Below are positions 52,801 to 64,000 of a stretch of DNA of 64,000 nucleotides, piece by piece. Below the pieces are notes generated by a model. The model saw nothing but the letters and a program-made list of their open reading frames with translations. It did no database searches and had not been told where the DNA came from. How positions within the stretch are numbered: position 1 is the first letter of the stretch; each line of letters begins with the position of its first letter. The DNA comes from Paramoeba atlantica (lineage: Eukaryota > Protista > Discosea), in assembly GCA_977017575.1 (NCBI GenBank), contig CDRNVI010000092.1:37643-101642 (forward strand), given 5' to 3'. The translations under genes and the position numbers were made by a program.

Positions 52801-54421
52801 GATCAAAACTCCATGCAACTACGCATTCATTCCCTAGTCGAGCGTCTTTCGTCTGCTGCGCTATTCGTTCTGGGCTCAGGGGGAAGTCAACACCAATCCG
52901 CACCGTAGCGTAAAGCGCTCGAACTATCCGGGTGACCGCATTTACATTTCCTGATGTATCTGTGATTCGCAAATCTTCCTTTTCGAATCTCTGCTGCTCA
53001 TGTGCTGTCGGCGGGCTATCGCAATCCAGAAATTCATTTAACACCTCATCAGGTGACATGATCCAAATCCAAAAAATCCAAATCATTCCGGATTGCTCCG
53101 GATGGTCACTGGCAAGCCAGACCCTTCACAGACAGATTTGGAAGTTCCGAGGCCGACGTCCTCTACCAGTTTCCGCTTGTCCAAGGCGGCACCAACGTGC
53201 TGTTGCCAACACGCTGCGTCGACGAACTGTACGTCAACACGGCTCACCCAAGAGGTTAAAGCCGGGTAAGGGAGCTGGTTCCCTGAGGGGAGGGTCCGGG
53301 ACGGTCCTCCGAGTACTGGGCCTAGTCGGTTATCAGCCCAGCCTCTTAGAGTGAGGCCGCCGGGAATATTGCGATGAGCGGGTTTGAACTCGCAGTCTGA
53401 GCACCATGTGCTTCAAACTTTGAGTTCTTGCCACTCCGCCACCTCCGCCCACTCCGCCACCTCCGCCTGGTGACATGATACCGGGTGTCAAGGGTCTAGG
53501 GGTGGCCTCTGTTACCAGAAAGGGTGGTGGAGAAGAATATTGTGGAGACATGAGTTCTGCAACGGAAATATTCGTAACCGGTAGCGGAGACGGCAACTTC
53601 TGAAATGGGGACGACGGATCTGTTGCCGTATTTTCCGTGGCTTGAGTACGATTCTGCGTGGCCGCCACCGGTCTCTGCGTGGCCGCCACCGGGCTTTGCG
53701 TAGTTCCTTCTTGTGCCTGTGGGGATACCGCTCGGGCGTAAGAAATTTGTTTCTGGCTCACGGTGTTGGGTGACGTGTCAATGTCCCCCCCAATAATTCG
53801 TATTCGCGGGCGGTTCCCGTTCTTCGCCTCTTTTGGTCCATCACAGTTCATGAGATTTAGCCTCTTGCCAAGGCGACGAAATATATTGGACGGCAGGTGT
53901 GCAGTTTTAATTTTAACCGTGGACCCGTTTCCTTCCGTGGACCCGTTTCCTTCTGTCATGCCACTGTTTTGCTGGTTCCCACGTTTGGGGTGTGCCTTCG
54001 GAGACGGAGGTGTTATTGAATTTGGAAGCGGAGGTGGCGGAGAGAGCGGCTCCCGAGGCAGGGGTAGGGTCGACTGCTGGGGCGGTTGCGGAGGCGACTG
54101 CGGAAGTGGTGACTGCGTAGGTCGCGATTGCGGGGGTTGAGGGGGGGGAGGGGCCTGCGGTGGAGGAGCGTTCGGCGATGAGTTCTGTGGGGGCGTGTCG
54201 CTCGGTGGCTTGTCGGGAAATTTCTTCTGTGATGACAAAGGCGGCAATTGCGTCGCTGGCGCGGCTCGAGGAGGTGGGGGATTCTGTGCGGGTGGAGCGC
54301 CACGTGGGGGAGAGTTCGGAGCGACCGGCGCCGATTTCTTTCTGCGGCGGGCTGGGGCTAGAGGCAAAATCTCGGGAGCTACTCCTGATTCTTTCGCCTT
54401 GGAGCGAGTTACCACTCCCAT
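49877..54421 (-). pseudogene. Full-length CRE2 element (ATG at 54421) with a disrupted frame between 53333 and 53086
   Basis: MGVVTRSKAK Pro-rich N-terminus resembles that at 30181; the 1069-aa ORF has GVRQGSPLS, YIDD, CPGC and RSGPD. Confidence 0.85.
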
Positions 54422-54460
54422 TGAAGAGTAAACGATTAGAAAATAATACAACAACAACAC

Positions 54461-54982
54461 TTGGTCGGGCGATTTGTTGCCGGCCTGTGTCATTAGCTCC
54501 TGTACTCGATCTTGCGTCGATCCATCGTCGTCCAGACACATTGTATCACTGGTCTCGCTTTCTGTTTCGGACATTTCTTTGGCTGGGTCCTCTTGGATAT
54601 GGTTTTCGTCATGGGCTATGTTCTCGTGTGATTGACTCGTAGATCCGATGCGGAAGTTCTTGGCTTTGATTTTGATTAGATTCCGCGATGTGATTTCACA
54701 CGGAGGCTCATGGTCCGCCCAATTCGGGGCTAGTGTTTTGGAACCTATTATCTTGATCTTTGGAGTCTTCTTCACCTTCACTGGTGTCTCCGTGTGCGAT
54801 CCTGATTCTTCTGCTACCTTTATTCCGTTCGTCTTGCTTTGATCTCGTTGAGTACGTTGTTTTTCAACTCTCCCGTGAGACTTCTCATTGTTCACTGTTG
54901 TTCTGCTGCCCTTTTTCCGCGTGTTTTCGGAATCTAAACGAGAAGACGTACGAGAAAGGCGTGTCATAAGCGTAGAAAAGAG
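54461..54982 (-). pseudogene. CRE3 N-terminal fragment
   Basis: MTRLSR...KKTPKIKIIGSKTLAPNWADHE. Confidence 0.75.
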
Positions 54983-55680
54983 TTGTACCCCTTCAGAAGA
55001 CTTTACCGTACGCGTACCGAATGTGAGTAAACTTTCTGTAGAATAACACCACTCTACATAATGACTGAGTTCGGGAAAGTGCATGCGCGTTAAATCAGTG
55101 AACCTGTCACGGGACACCTGGTTGAAGGCATTCCGGAGGTCTATTTTGCATAGAAGGAAGTCGTCATCGTCTACGTGGGCCGCGAATGTCTGACGGCAAA
55201 GATGGATAACACGTTCCGCCCCGGCCGGTGTAGCGACCCCGTATTGGTGTCCCTTAAAAAGTTTGCGGGCTCTGGTTTTGGCAGAGAAGCAAGCAACTTT
55301 GCTGGCCAAGCGGCGAAGGGTTTCACCAGCGGCGATCGGGCGTACGTCGTGTTCCCCCTTCTTCAAGGCACACAATCGACCTCCAGCGTAGTGGCTTTTG
55401 ACTTCTAATGGTGCTTTTCCGGCTAGCATGTGATTGGTGAACTTTGTGAGTATTTCCAAAGGACCGGTCTGACCATCGTGATGACCATGTATAGCAACTT
55501 GCACGTGTTCCGGCCGCAGACCAAAGGCACCCCCGGAGGAACCCCGATGAAAAGTCGAGAGTGCCGCCGATACTTCATCCTCCGTCACTTTAAGAGGTTC
55601 CACGTCCACTGATGGGCTGGGTGTATCTGATGCGGAGAGTCGGGGGGGATGCTTTGCCTGAAGCTTTGCGTAAGTCTCAT
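54983..55680 (-). pseudogene. CRE1 RT fragment
   Basis: YAKLQAKHP, GLRPEH, VRPIAAGE, KIDLRNAFN, SSEGVQ. Confidence 0.85.
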
Positions 55681-55682
55681 CA

Positions 55683-55898
55683 GAATACTTTCGCTGCATA
55701 CCAGTAACAGATTGTGGTCTTCTTCACAAGGAAACTAAGGAACTCCTCAAGACACTGGCAAATAGGGCAGGCCTAGACGTAGAAAACACTCGAGAAGCAT
55801 TCCAATTGGAAATTGAAAAATTCTCCGCATACACTATCTTCTCGCAACTGCGGCAATATATGGCCCAAGAACATTGGGTAGGAAGTCTGCAATGCTGA
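55683..55898 (+). pseudogene. CRE3 C-terminal fragment; its end and 3' UTR are partly duplicated at about 56116-56250
   Basis: FRCIPVTDCGLLHKETK...REAFQLEIEK...HWVGSL*. Confidence 0.85.
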
Positions 55899-56342
55899 AT
55901 CTTTGAAGTTACTCCGGAAATCGTGCCAAAAGCACACAAGATAACACACAAAAAAACAGTGATGACGGCACATAAGCTTAAATGCCAGATGATGATTTGG
56001 TTTTAATCTCAAGACGTTGCAACATCTTAGGACAGACATTGGTGATAAAGATAGATAAAAAGTGGAACTGAGTATGTGCAATGGTTATCAATTTTATCAA
56101 GTTCTAAAAGTTTATATATATGGCCCAAGAACATTGGGTAGGAAGTCTACAATGCTGAATCTTTGAAGTTACTCCGGAAATCGGGCCAAAAGCACACAAG
56201 ATAACACAAAAAAAAAACAGTAATGAGGGCACATAAGATAAAAATACCAGATGATGTTGGGTAGTGGGGACCTTCGATGAAGCTTCATCGAAGGTGTTTT
56301 TGACTGATTATCGTTTTCCTCGATCATAAGGAAAGGTCTTAC

Positions 56343-56618
56343 AAAAACATAAAAAAAAATGTACATGTCGTCAAGGTAAGGGCGCACTGCGAAAATGCAC
56401 GAAACGATTTGGCGGACAGAGTAGCCTACAAAGCAGCAGAAGGTATCGTATCCTTTCTACTAATACAAGAGATTGCCCCTCCACCTGCTTGTGAAAATGC
56501 ACAGAATAGTAACGAGGCAGTTAGGCATGAATCGAAGGAGTGTGCTCATCGGTGTAAAGACAAGGAAGCATGCGGACATAAATGCTGCAAAAGGCATTTG
56601 CGTCAGTCCAAAGAATAA
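56343..56618 (+). pseudogene. Remnant of an RNase H1-like C-terminus fused to a Cys/His zinc-finger-like motif
   Basis: NVHVVKVRAHCENARNDLADRVAYKAA resembles WVKAH...N..AD..A; followed by CAHRCKDKEACGHKCCK. Confidence 0.5.
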
Positions 56619-56861
56619 GAGAAAGAAAGTAGCATTCAAAGTCATGGCAGAAAGATTCCTAACCACTTTTAAGAACTAAGTGGTATATTATTATTATTAT
56701 TATTATTTCTCTCTAGATTCGTGGGAAGCAATTTGCGAAGCAAAAAAAAAAAAAAAAAAAAAAAAAATTCCAGGATAGTTGTCAGTGACCCTAACGCCCC
56801 CCTTGAAGGCGCTTAGGGGCATGGCGAAGACGCCATGCGCAGGGCCACATGCCTCTGGCCC

Positions 56862-57094
56862 GGATGCTGGTCGAGTCGACAGAGTCTATGCTCACGCCTA
56901 GTCCGTCAGGGCTAGGTACCCCAAGTGAGGTAGTACACGGGTAGTGAATCTCCTCCCCGTCGGCCAGCATCCTGTTTCGCGACCGTGTCGCTGTCGACAC
57001 AGGCCCGCGCCTGCGCCCTCCCGTATAACAAGGGAAGGGTCCACAAGTCAGGCCGTGGAGAGGTCGAAAGACCCGGTCCGGAACGCGCGAATGG
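56862..57094 (+). ncRNA. Structured 3'-UTR RNA on an extremely 5'-truncated CRE1 copy
   Basis: Preceded by the last ~15 codons (RIVVSDPNAPLEGA*); purine-rich tail; poly(A) at 57276-57300. Confidence 0.75.
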
Positions 57095-57304
57095 TTGAGG
57101 AGCCGCCTGCAGGCCGGGTGAGGCGAAGCTGAGGGAGACTTTACCCCCCCTGAAAAGTTGAAAAGTTGGGTAGGGGAAAGCAGGAAAGTAGGGAGAAAGG
57201 TGGGAAAAGTATGTCAAGAGGTGAGAAAGAGGAGAAAGAGAGAGAAAAATTTTCTTTATTTGCATAAAAACAATAATAAAAAAAAAAAAAAAAAAAAAAA
57301 GGGT

Positions 57305-57603
57305 CTTTTGCCGCGCACTATGCCGAGACCAAGGCGCGACAGCGACAAGAAGCAGACGAAGCCGGGCATCTCTTCACAGCAATGGTTGTAGAGTCCTTTG
57401 GGTCCTGGAGTGAAAGTGCCCTAGCGTTACTCCGGGATATCGGAACGCAACGGGCGAATGCGTCCAAGGGGTTTCTGTCACGGAGCCAAGCGCGAAATGA
57501 ACTCTTGACGGAGCTGAATGTTACGCTCATGCGTTCGCAGGCCAGGATGATGGTGTCACGCATCCCCGTGGCGGATCCAGCGGGGTCTTTGGTAGGGGCA
57601 TAA
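57305..57603 (+). pseudogene. CRE1 C-terminal fragment
   Basis: VVESFGSWSESALALLRDIG, highly similar to the 11577-13298 C-terminus. Confidence 0.85.
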
Positions 57604-57677
57604 GCCCCTACCCACTGTGTCTTACCCACCTATTCTCAAGCCTTGCTCTCATGAGTGAGGTTCTCTAATGTGATCCC

Positions 57678-57910
57678 GGATGCTGGTCGGGTCGACAGAG
57701 TCTATACTCACGCCTAGCCCGCGAGGGCTAGGTACCCCAAGTGAGGTAGTACACGGGCAGTGAATCTCCTCCCCGTCGGCCAGCATCCTGTTTCGTGACC
57801 GTGTCGCTGTCTACACAGGCCCGCGCCTGCGCCCTCCCATATAACAAGGGAAGGGTTCACAAGTCAGGCCGTGGAGAGGTCGAAAGACCCGGTCCGGAAC
57901 GCGCGAATGG
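57678..57910 (+). ncRNA. Structured 3'-UTR RNA, variant B
   Basis: Same motif. Confidence 0.75.
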
Positions 57911-58183
57911 ATTGGGCATGGATTGCTTGTTTTAATTTTTACTGTTTTTCTTGTTTGTAGTATATACTTAGGGGAGACTAAATTGCTAGTTTTGGGCTGA
58001 GAAAAAAGGTACATCTGTGGACAGAAAAAGAATTGCTAATTTGATTGTTTGTTTTCAATTCGTATACCCCCCCCCAATGGACCTACTTGGTTCGTCTACT
58101 GGGTCAAAATATAGAAGCAATGCCGCGATTCATACTTCTTCCAAAGATACAGTAAAACGGTAAAGATACAAAAAAAATAAAAT

Positions 58184-61100
58184 AACGATAAAGATACAGT
58201 TTCTGTACCTTGTTGAATTATTTTCTTTTCTTTATCTCACTCTTACGCACCATGGTTGTTTTAACTCGATCTAAGGCGAAGCAGGTCTCGAACTTCGAGC
58301 GCGAGGTGAAAGCACACACACTCGGCTGCTGGGACCAATTCGACGCAAACAAGGACCTTGTTGAAGGCAAGAGTACGTACCATGTAGACTTATACACTAC
58401 ACCCCTCCCACCTAATCCTTCAGCTGAATCTTTACGGCGAGCGGACGAGATTGCACTCAGCATTACGAACTCTGTGGAAGGTGAGACCCCAGATACAGGG
58501 CAACAGCAGACAAGCACGGAAGAGGAACTTTTCTCCAGCGTCCGTCCAACTGAGGACTTCGAATTCCAGTTTGCGGGAGCAGAATCTTCTTCACTCAGCC
58601 TATCAAAAACCACAAATAAGGCTGTGAAGGAGAGGTGCGAACGACATATCCGGAGGTCATATGACAACGAATATAATTACGAAAAAGATAAATTGCTCTT
58701 CCCCGATCTCACTCCTGAAGACCTTACTGTGTCTGTGAATGGATGCGGAAAAGGACGGAAAAAGAAGAAGCGACCCAAGAGCATCTCACTTTCCCAATTG
58801 TGTGCTGAGTCCGGGGCCGACAGCGACGACCGTGACACCGCACAATCAAGTTCCAACTCCCCTAGGCCATACACTCCTGAGGCTGAAAGTGACAGCAATC
58901 TGTCTGCGGCATCATCTCCGAAAAAACCGGACATAAAGCCCCATGCGGACACTTCAGTAAGTCTCAAGCGACACCGACGCCCATTAACCTCCCGAAACGC
59001 CGAGTCATCTAAAAGCACGCCCGCCCCCATTATTAGCACACCAAGTCGGCCCAGGAAATGCCCCTTGGATTCATGTACCTGGGAAACAGGGCCGCACGGC
59101 GATCAATGGCAAGCCTTTTACAACCACGTGGCTAACAGACATGGGGAAGAAGTGGCGGAATCATGGTGGACAGAGGAGGGAAGATTCCTATGCCCGGGTT
59201 GCAAAAAGCACTACTCCATGCGCAAGCAAGCAACACACAAGATGCACTGCAGGTTTCGCACGCCGTCACCCAAACCTTCGCATGGTTCCTCCGCTGGCTC
59301 CAAAGATTACCCCGTCCCGCCCCCAAATTCCGTTACTGAGCACCACCCTGAGCAGCAGCTTAGCGAGAACACTATGCAAGGCGCCCCAACAGTGGAAGAT
59401 CTGCCGTCCCTATCATCAGTATGCGCCTTGTCCGTCAATACCTGCAAAAATATCCCAAACAGCTGTAAGCCTGAATGGGCGAAAACACTTACCGAATGCA
59501 TGGCGGCGGCCGTACGTGACAACACCATCGAGGCTTGGACCCTGCTGGCTATGTTACCTAAATGTGTAATTCCAGCACCACGACGCGGCGGGGACAAGGG
59601 TAAAGCCTCATACGCCTCCCACGTCCGCAAATGCCTTTCCAGATGGAAGAACAAGGAATTTCTACCACTTTGGAACGAGGCCTTGTCAAGCCTGAAGCGT
59701 AAGCGGAAAAGTTCTCCACAGGCTCAGAGCATTGAAGAGGAGGATCAGAAAGCTGCGCTCCGAGCAGTACGCCTCGTGCGAGATGGTGAACTTTCCCGCG
59801 CAATGACTGCGTTGACATCCGAACCACTTGCCCCAAACGATGACACGACTTATCAAAAGCTCCAGGCGAAACACCCGTCTCGACTTCTGGGTCCAAGTCC
59901 GATTACCACGCCTTCTTTGGATATTTAACCGATCGCCGCAACCGAAGAGGACATCATTACGGCGCTTTCCAGCTTTCACCGAGGTTCCTCAGGGGGAGCT
60001 CTCGGACTTCGGCCTGAGCACCTACAAGTAGCAGTGCAATTCCATCACGACGCCAGGACAGATCCGCTCGGTACGCTCACGAAACTTATTAGTCATATGC
60101 TAGCGGGCAAAGTACCACTTGAAGTCCAACACTGCTTCGCCGGCGGACGCTTATGTGCTTTACACAAGGGTCAGGGTGATGTCCGCCCCATTGCCGCAGG
60201 GGAAACCTTCCGCCGACTAGCGAGCAAGATAGGATGTCTGTCTGCAAAGGCTAAATCCAGAACGCTCTTCAAAGATCAACAATATGGAGTGGCGACGCCC
60301 GCAGGAGCCGAACGTGTTATCCACATTTGCAGGCGCCTGGTTGCGCACCACATCAATAACGAGGATTTTGTGCTATGCAAGGTTGACCTTCGCAACGCTT
60401 TCAATCACATTTCAAGAAATAGCTTTATGGCCTTGACACGGCATCATTTCCCTGAGTTGAGCCCGTTCGTGGAATGGTGCTACAGTTCGGACAGTAACCT
60501 GACATTCGGCGCACGTGTAGTTCAATCCTCTGAAGGCGTACAACAAGGAGACCCGCTCGGACCCCTTTTGTTCTCGCTCGTCATGAGAGAAATGGCCGCA
60601 GAAATTAAGGCCGGAGCTCCTGATCTTCATCTCAATCTCTGGTACCTTGATGATGGCGTCCTTGCAGGCCAGGCTTCTGATGTACGTCACGCACTAGATA
60701 TCATCGAAATTGGAGGGCCAAAGTGGGGTCTGAACCTCAATCCGTCCAAGTGCGAAATAATCACACACCCTTCCTCATCTCATCAAACTACCCACTTTCC
60801 TGACATTCCCGGGCTCAACATCAACATGGAAGGTAATCTGAGCATCTTGGGAAGCCCCATCGGATCTACGACGTACAGCCGTCAGTTCCTCCTCGACAGC
60901 GCGATTTCCCAGGCGGAGGAATCCCTTGAAGCGATCGAGAAACTGGAGGACCCTCAGGTCGCTTTCTCTCTCATCCGACAGTGCACAGGGTTTTGCCAGA
61001 TGGTTTACTCCCTTCGCACGACGCCGACGGACGAACTACTGGACTTATGTCGCAGACTCGACAACGCCGTTCAGCGTACGGTTGAAACGTTTTGTCGCCC

Positions 61101-62692
61101 ACTGAGTGACATGGCTCGACGACAAGCACAAAGAAATAAACAGTTCGGCGGTCTCGGCCTTCGCTCAGCGGAAATGCATGCCACCTCAGCGTACGTAGCT
61201 TCAGTAGCTTTCGATTCCGACAAGGATCGATGGGATGCAAATGAGGCTGAGGGCTTTTCTTACGCCGTGGAGGACATTAACCGGCGTGTAGGGGGGTGTA
61301 TGGTGGACAAATCTACCGGGAAAATCCACAAGGACTCCGTCATAAAGAGATGCCCCTTCTCGCCCTCCCCCGATATTGACCTTTCTCAAGATTTGGCGAT
61401 TCCTCGACAACGCGATCTCAGTCATGCGATTTCAGCGAGAGACTTTGAGGAAGATTACGCAAGAGCGGATCCCCGCACTCGGGCTAGGTGGCTCTCACAA
61501 ACGGGCGACGGGGCATCCAACTGGGCCTTCACGGTTCCCTCAACTCTCTGCGGTCATGCCTACACCCCTACTGAATTTCGGACTCTGATTCGTTGGTGGC
61601 TCGGGGAGAGTATATACCCTCAAGGTCACAACTGCCCGATTCCGAATTGTCGCCTCCCACTCGGCCCTGGGGGGGACCATGCGCTAGCCTGCAAGTGCGG
61701 CCACGGAATCATTACAAGGCACAACGCCCTAGCGGAACAGTTCTCCGCTGAATGCAGCAAGGCCGGGTTGAGCCCACAGAGAGAAGTCTCTCTGGGAAAC
61801 AGGGGTCCGGGCGGCGCCCTCACGCGACCCGCAGATGTCTATGTCCGGAACGGTGGTCTCGGTCAGGCCCTCGTCCTTGATTTCGCTGTCACACATGTTC
61901 AGCAACAAAAGTATACGGACCTGGTCCGTGATGCTAACATGGTGGCAGCCGGGTCATTCGCCGAGAGGTACGCCGTCGAACACAAGCGGAAGCAACGGGA
62001 GGAAGCTGAAGAAGCGAAGACCAAGTTCACAGCTATGGCTGTCGAAACATACGGATGCTGGAGTCCGGCCGCTATGTCGGTCTTGCGGGAAGTCTCGAAA
62101 GGCCAAGCTGCGACCTCAGGTGGAATACTTTCGCAAGAAGGGGCGTTACAGCAAATACTAACAAGTATGAACGTCACCCTCATGCGCTCCCAGGCGCGTA
62201 TGCTCGTTCTTCGCCTCCCCTCGGCGAACACAGGCCCTGCACTTGTGGGGTATGGCAAAGAAGAGTAAGGAAAACTTCTGGCCTGGATGTTGGTCGAGTC
62301 GACAGAGTCTATGCTCACGCCTAGCCCGCGAGGGCTAGGTACCCCAAGTGAGGTAGTACACGGGAAGTGAATCTCCTCCCCGTCGACCAGCATCCTGTTT
62401 CGCGACCGTGTCGCTGTCGACACAGGCCCGCGCCTGCGCCCTCCCATATAGCAAGGGAAGGGTTCACAAGTCAGGCCGTGGAGAGGTCGAAAGACCAGGT
62501 CCGGAACGCGCGAATGGATTGGGCGTGGATTGCTTGTTTTTATTATTATTGTTATTATTGTTATTATACTTACGGGAGATCGAATTGCTAGTTTTGGGCT
62601 CCAAAATATGAAATTGCTAATTTTATTGCTTAAAAAGAAAAAAAAAAAAAAAAAATCTTTAACGATAAAGATACAGTTTCTGTACCTTGTTG
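58184..62692 (+). mobile_element. Full-length CRE1 element (ORF 58252-62268 with one in-frame TAA at 59926) flanked by identical 32-nt SL-like direct repeats
   Basis: SL 32-mers at 58184-58215 and 62661-62692; zinc fingers, QQGDPLGP, WYLDD, CCHC, RPADV; 3' RNA at 62285-62517; poly(A) at 62638-62655. Confidence 0.9.
62285..62517 (+). ncRNA. Structured 3'-UTR RNA, variant B
   Basis: Its P1 has the pair TGGTCGA/TCGACCA. Confidence 0.75.
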
Positions 62693-63550
62693 TTTTCTTT
62701 CCCTATTTCTTTTATCCGGAAAATGAGGGAGGCTGATTCATGCGGCTCGACGACGATACGAGAAGATGACCTTTTTGCCCAAGAGGAGAAAACACACACG
62801 CCAGGCTCCTGGGACCAGTTTGAGGGTAATCAGCATCTTATCGCTGCAACTAGTACATACGATGAATCCCTCTACACGACGCCCATACCAGAAAATATTA
62901 CACCGGCCTGGTAAGACAAAATGGAAACGGCACTACAATCTTTGCACCGAGAGAAGCAGACACCTGACACGGGGATGATTTTATCGGCAGACGAAGAGAG
63001 AAATCATTCCAGCGTATCAAGAGACTGTGCCCCCAATACGTCTGGCAAAGGTCAAGAAGTAACAAGCCAAACCCCAGAGCGGTACGAACCACATTCCATG
63101 GCCACAGCGAGGCTTCTCCCACGAAAAAGCCCTCTTTCTAGCCAAAAGTCGACGCCCAAAATTTTCGAGAGAGGGGTTAGTAAAGATTCCAAGACTCGCC
63201 AACCAGCTAGACGAGACAAAATGAGACGTCGCACCTGTCCAGTCGAAGTGTGCAACTGGAGCACCGCATCACACGGAGGGGAGTGGCAGGCCTACTACCA
63301 TCACGTCGCAAGCCAACATAGCGATACTGTGCCTTCGGAATGGTGGGAAAAAGAAGGACGTTTCTTATGCCCCTCATGCGGCAAGCACTATGATCACAAT
63401 AAAAAAGCTTCCCATGAGGAAAAATGTCAAGACTCCTTGGGCTCTTACACCTCGTCGCTAACCTGTGAGCCAGAAACCGAAGAGGCTTCCATTTCCCAAA
63501 TTTACAAGGATTCGCTCCCGTCTCTTGATTGTGTCTGCTCTTACGCCATC
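62693..63550 (+). pseudogene. Degraded 5' part of another CRE1 element
   Basis: GSWDQFEGNQHL...YDESLYTTPIP, CPVEVC...HHVASQH, WWEKEGRFLCPSCGKH; contains stops and a frameshift. Confidence 0.85.
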
Positions 63551-64000
63551 AGAGGAAGAAAGAGGAAGAAAGAGGAAGAAAGAGGAAGAAAGAGGAAGAA
63601 AGAGGAAGAAAGAGGAAGAAAGAGGAAGAAAGAGGAAGAAAGAGGAAGAAAGAGGAAGAAAGAGGAAGAAAGAGGAAGAAAGAGGAAGAAAGAGGAAGAA
63701 AGAGGAAGAAAGAGGAAGAAAGAGGAAGAAAGAGGAAGAAAGAGGAAGAAAGAGGAAGAAAGAGGAAGAAAGAGGAAGAAAGAGGAAGAAAGAGGAAGAA
63801 AGAGGAAGAAAGAGGAAGAAAGAGGAAGAAAGAGGAAGAAAGAGGAAGAAAGAGGAAGAAAGAGGAAGAAAGAGGAAGAAAGAGGAAGAAAGAGGAAGAA
63901 AGAGGAAGAAAGAGGAAAGAAAGAGGAGAAAGAGGAAGAAAGAGGAAGAAAGAGGAAGAAAGAGGAAGAAAGAGGAAGAAAGAGGAAGAAAGAGGAGAAA
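63551..64000. repeat. Tandem decamer (AGAGGAAGAA)n running to the window end
   Basis: About 45 near-perfect units. Confidence 0.95.

Noticed and set aside
53333-55699. 788-aa ORF as a novel protein
   Set aside because: It is a chance in-frame fusion of a CRE1 RT piece, a CRE3 N-terminus and a CRE2 N-terminus.
59926-59928. In-frame TAA aligning with Glu in a paralogue, raising a Blastocrithidia-like stop reassignment
   Set aside because: Several ORFs of more than 900 aa have no internal stops, Trp is TGG, and ORFs end in TAA, TAG or TGA. Isolated nonsense mutations explain it.

Overview
This is a eukaryotic window made almost entirely of retrotransposon sequence, with no recognisable host gene, tRNA or rRNA. 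Repeated spliced-leader-like sequences (AACGATAAAGATACAGTTTCTGTACCTTGTTG) plus the element families suggest a euglenozoan (kinetoplastid/diplonemid-like) host; this is inference. Two classes dominate. (1) CRE-like non-LTR retrotransposons (RT plus C-terminal CCHC and PD-type restriction-like endonuclease), in three lineages that I call CRE1 (QQGDPLGP/YLDD, N-terminal zinc fingers), CRE2 (QGSPLS/Y(F)IDD) and CRE3 (RQGS/YQDD). (2) Tyrosine-recombinase (YR) retrotransposons with the VIPER/TATE-like order gag-YR-RT/RNaseH, with split direct repeats visible in the first family. Most copies are truncated, nested or joined at poly(A/T) runs, so part of the mosaic could be assembly artefact. The most notable signals are: a ~235-nt covarying structured RNA in 11 CRE1 3' ends; SL exon remnants at element 5' ends; a conserved -1 slippery site and in-frame gag-stop-YR arrangement in the YR elements; a YIDG RT motif; a conserved att-like junction with non-autonomous derivatives; and a triple bulged-hairpin array. 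All alignments and folds were done by eye.
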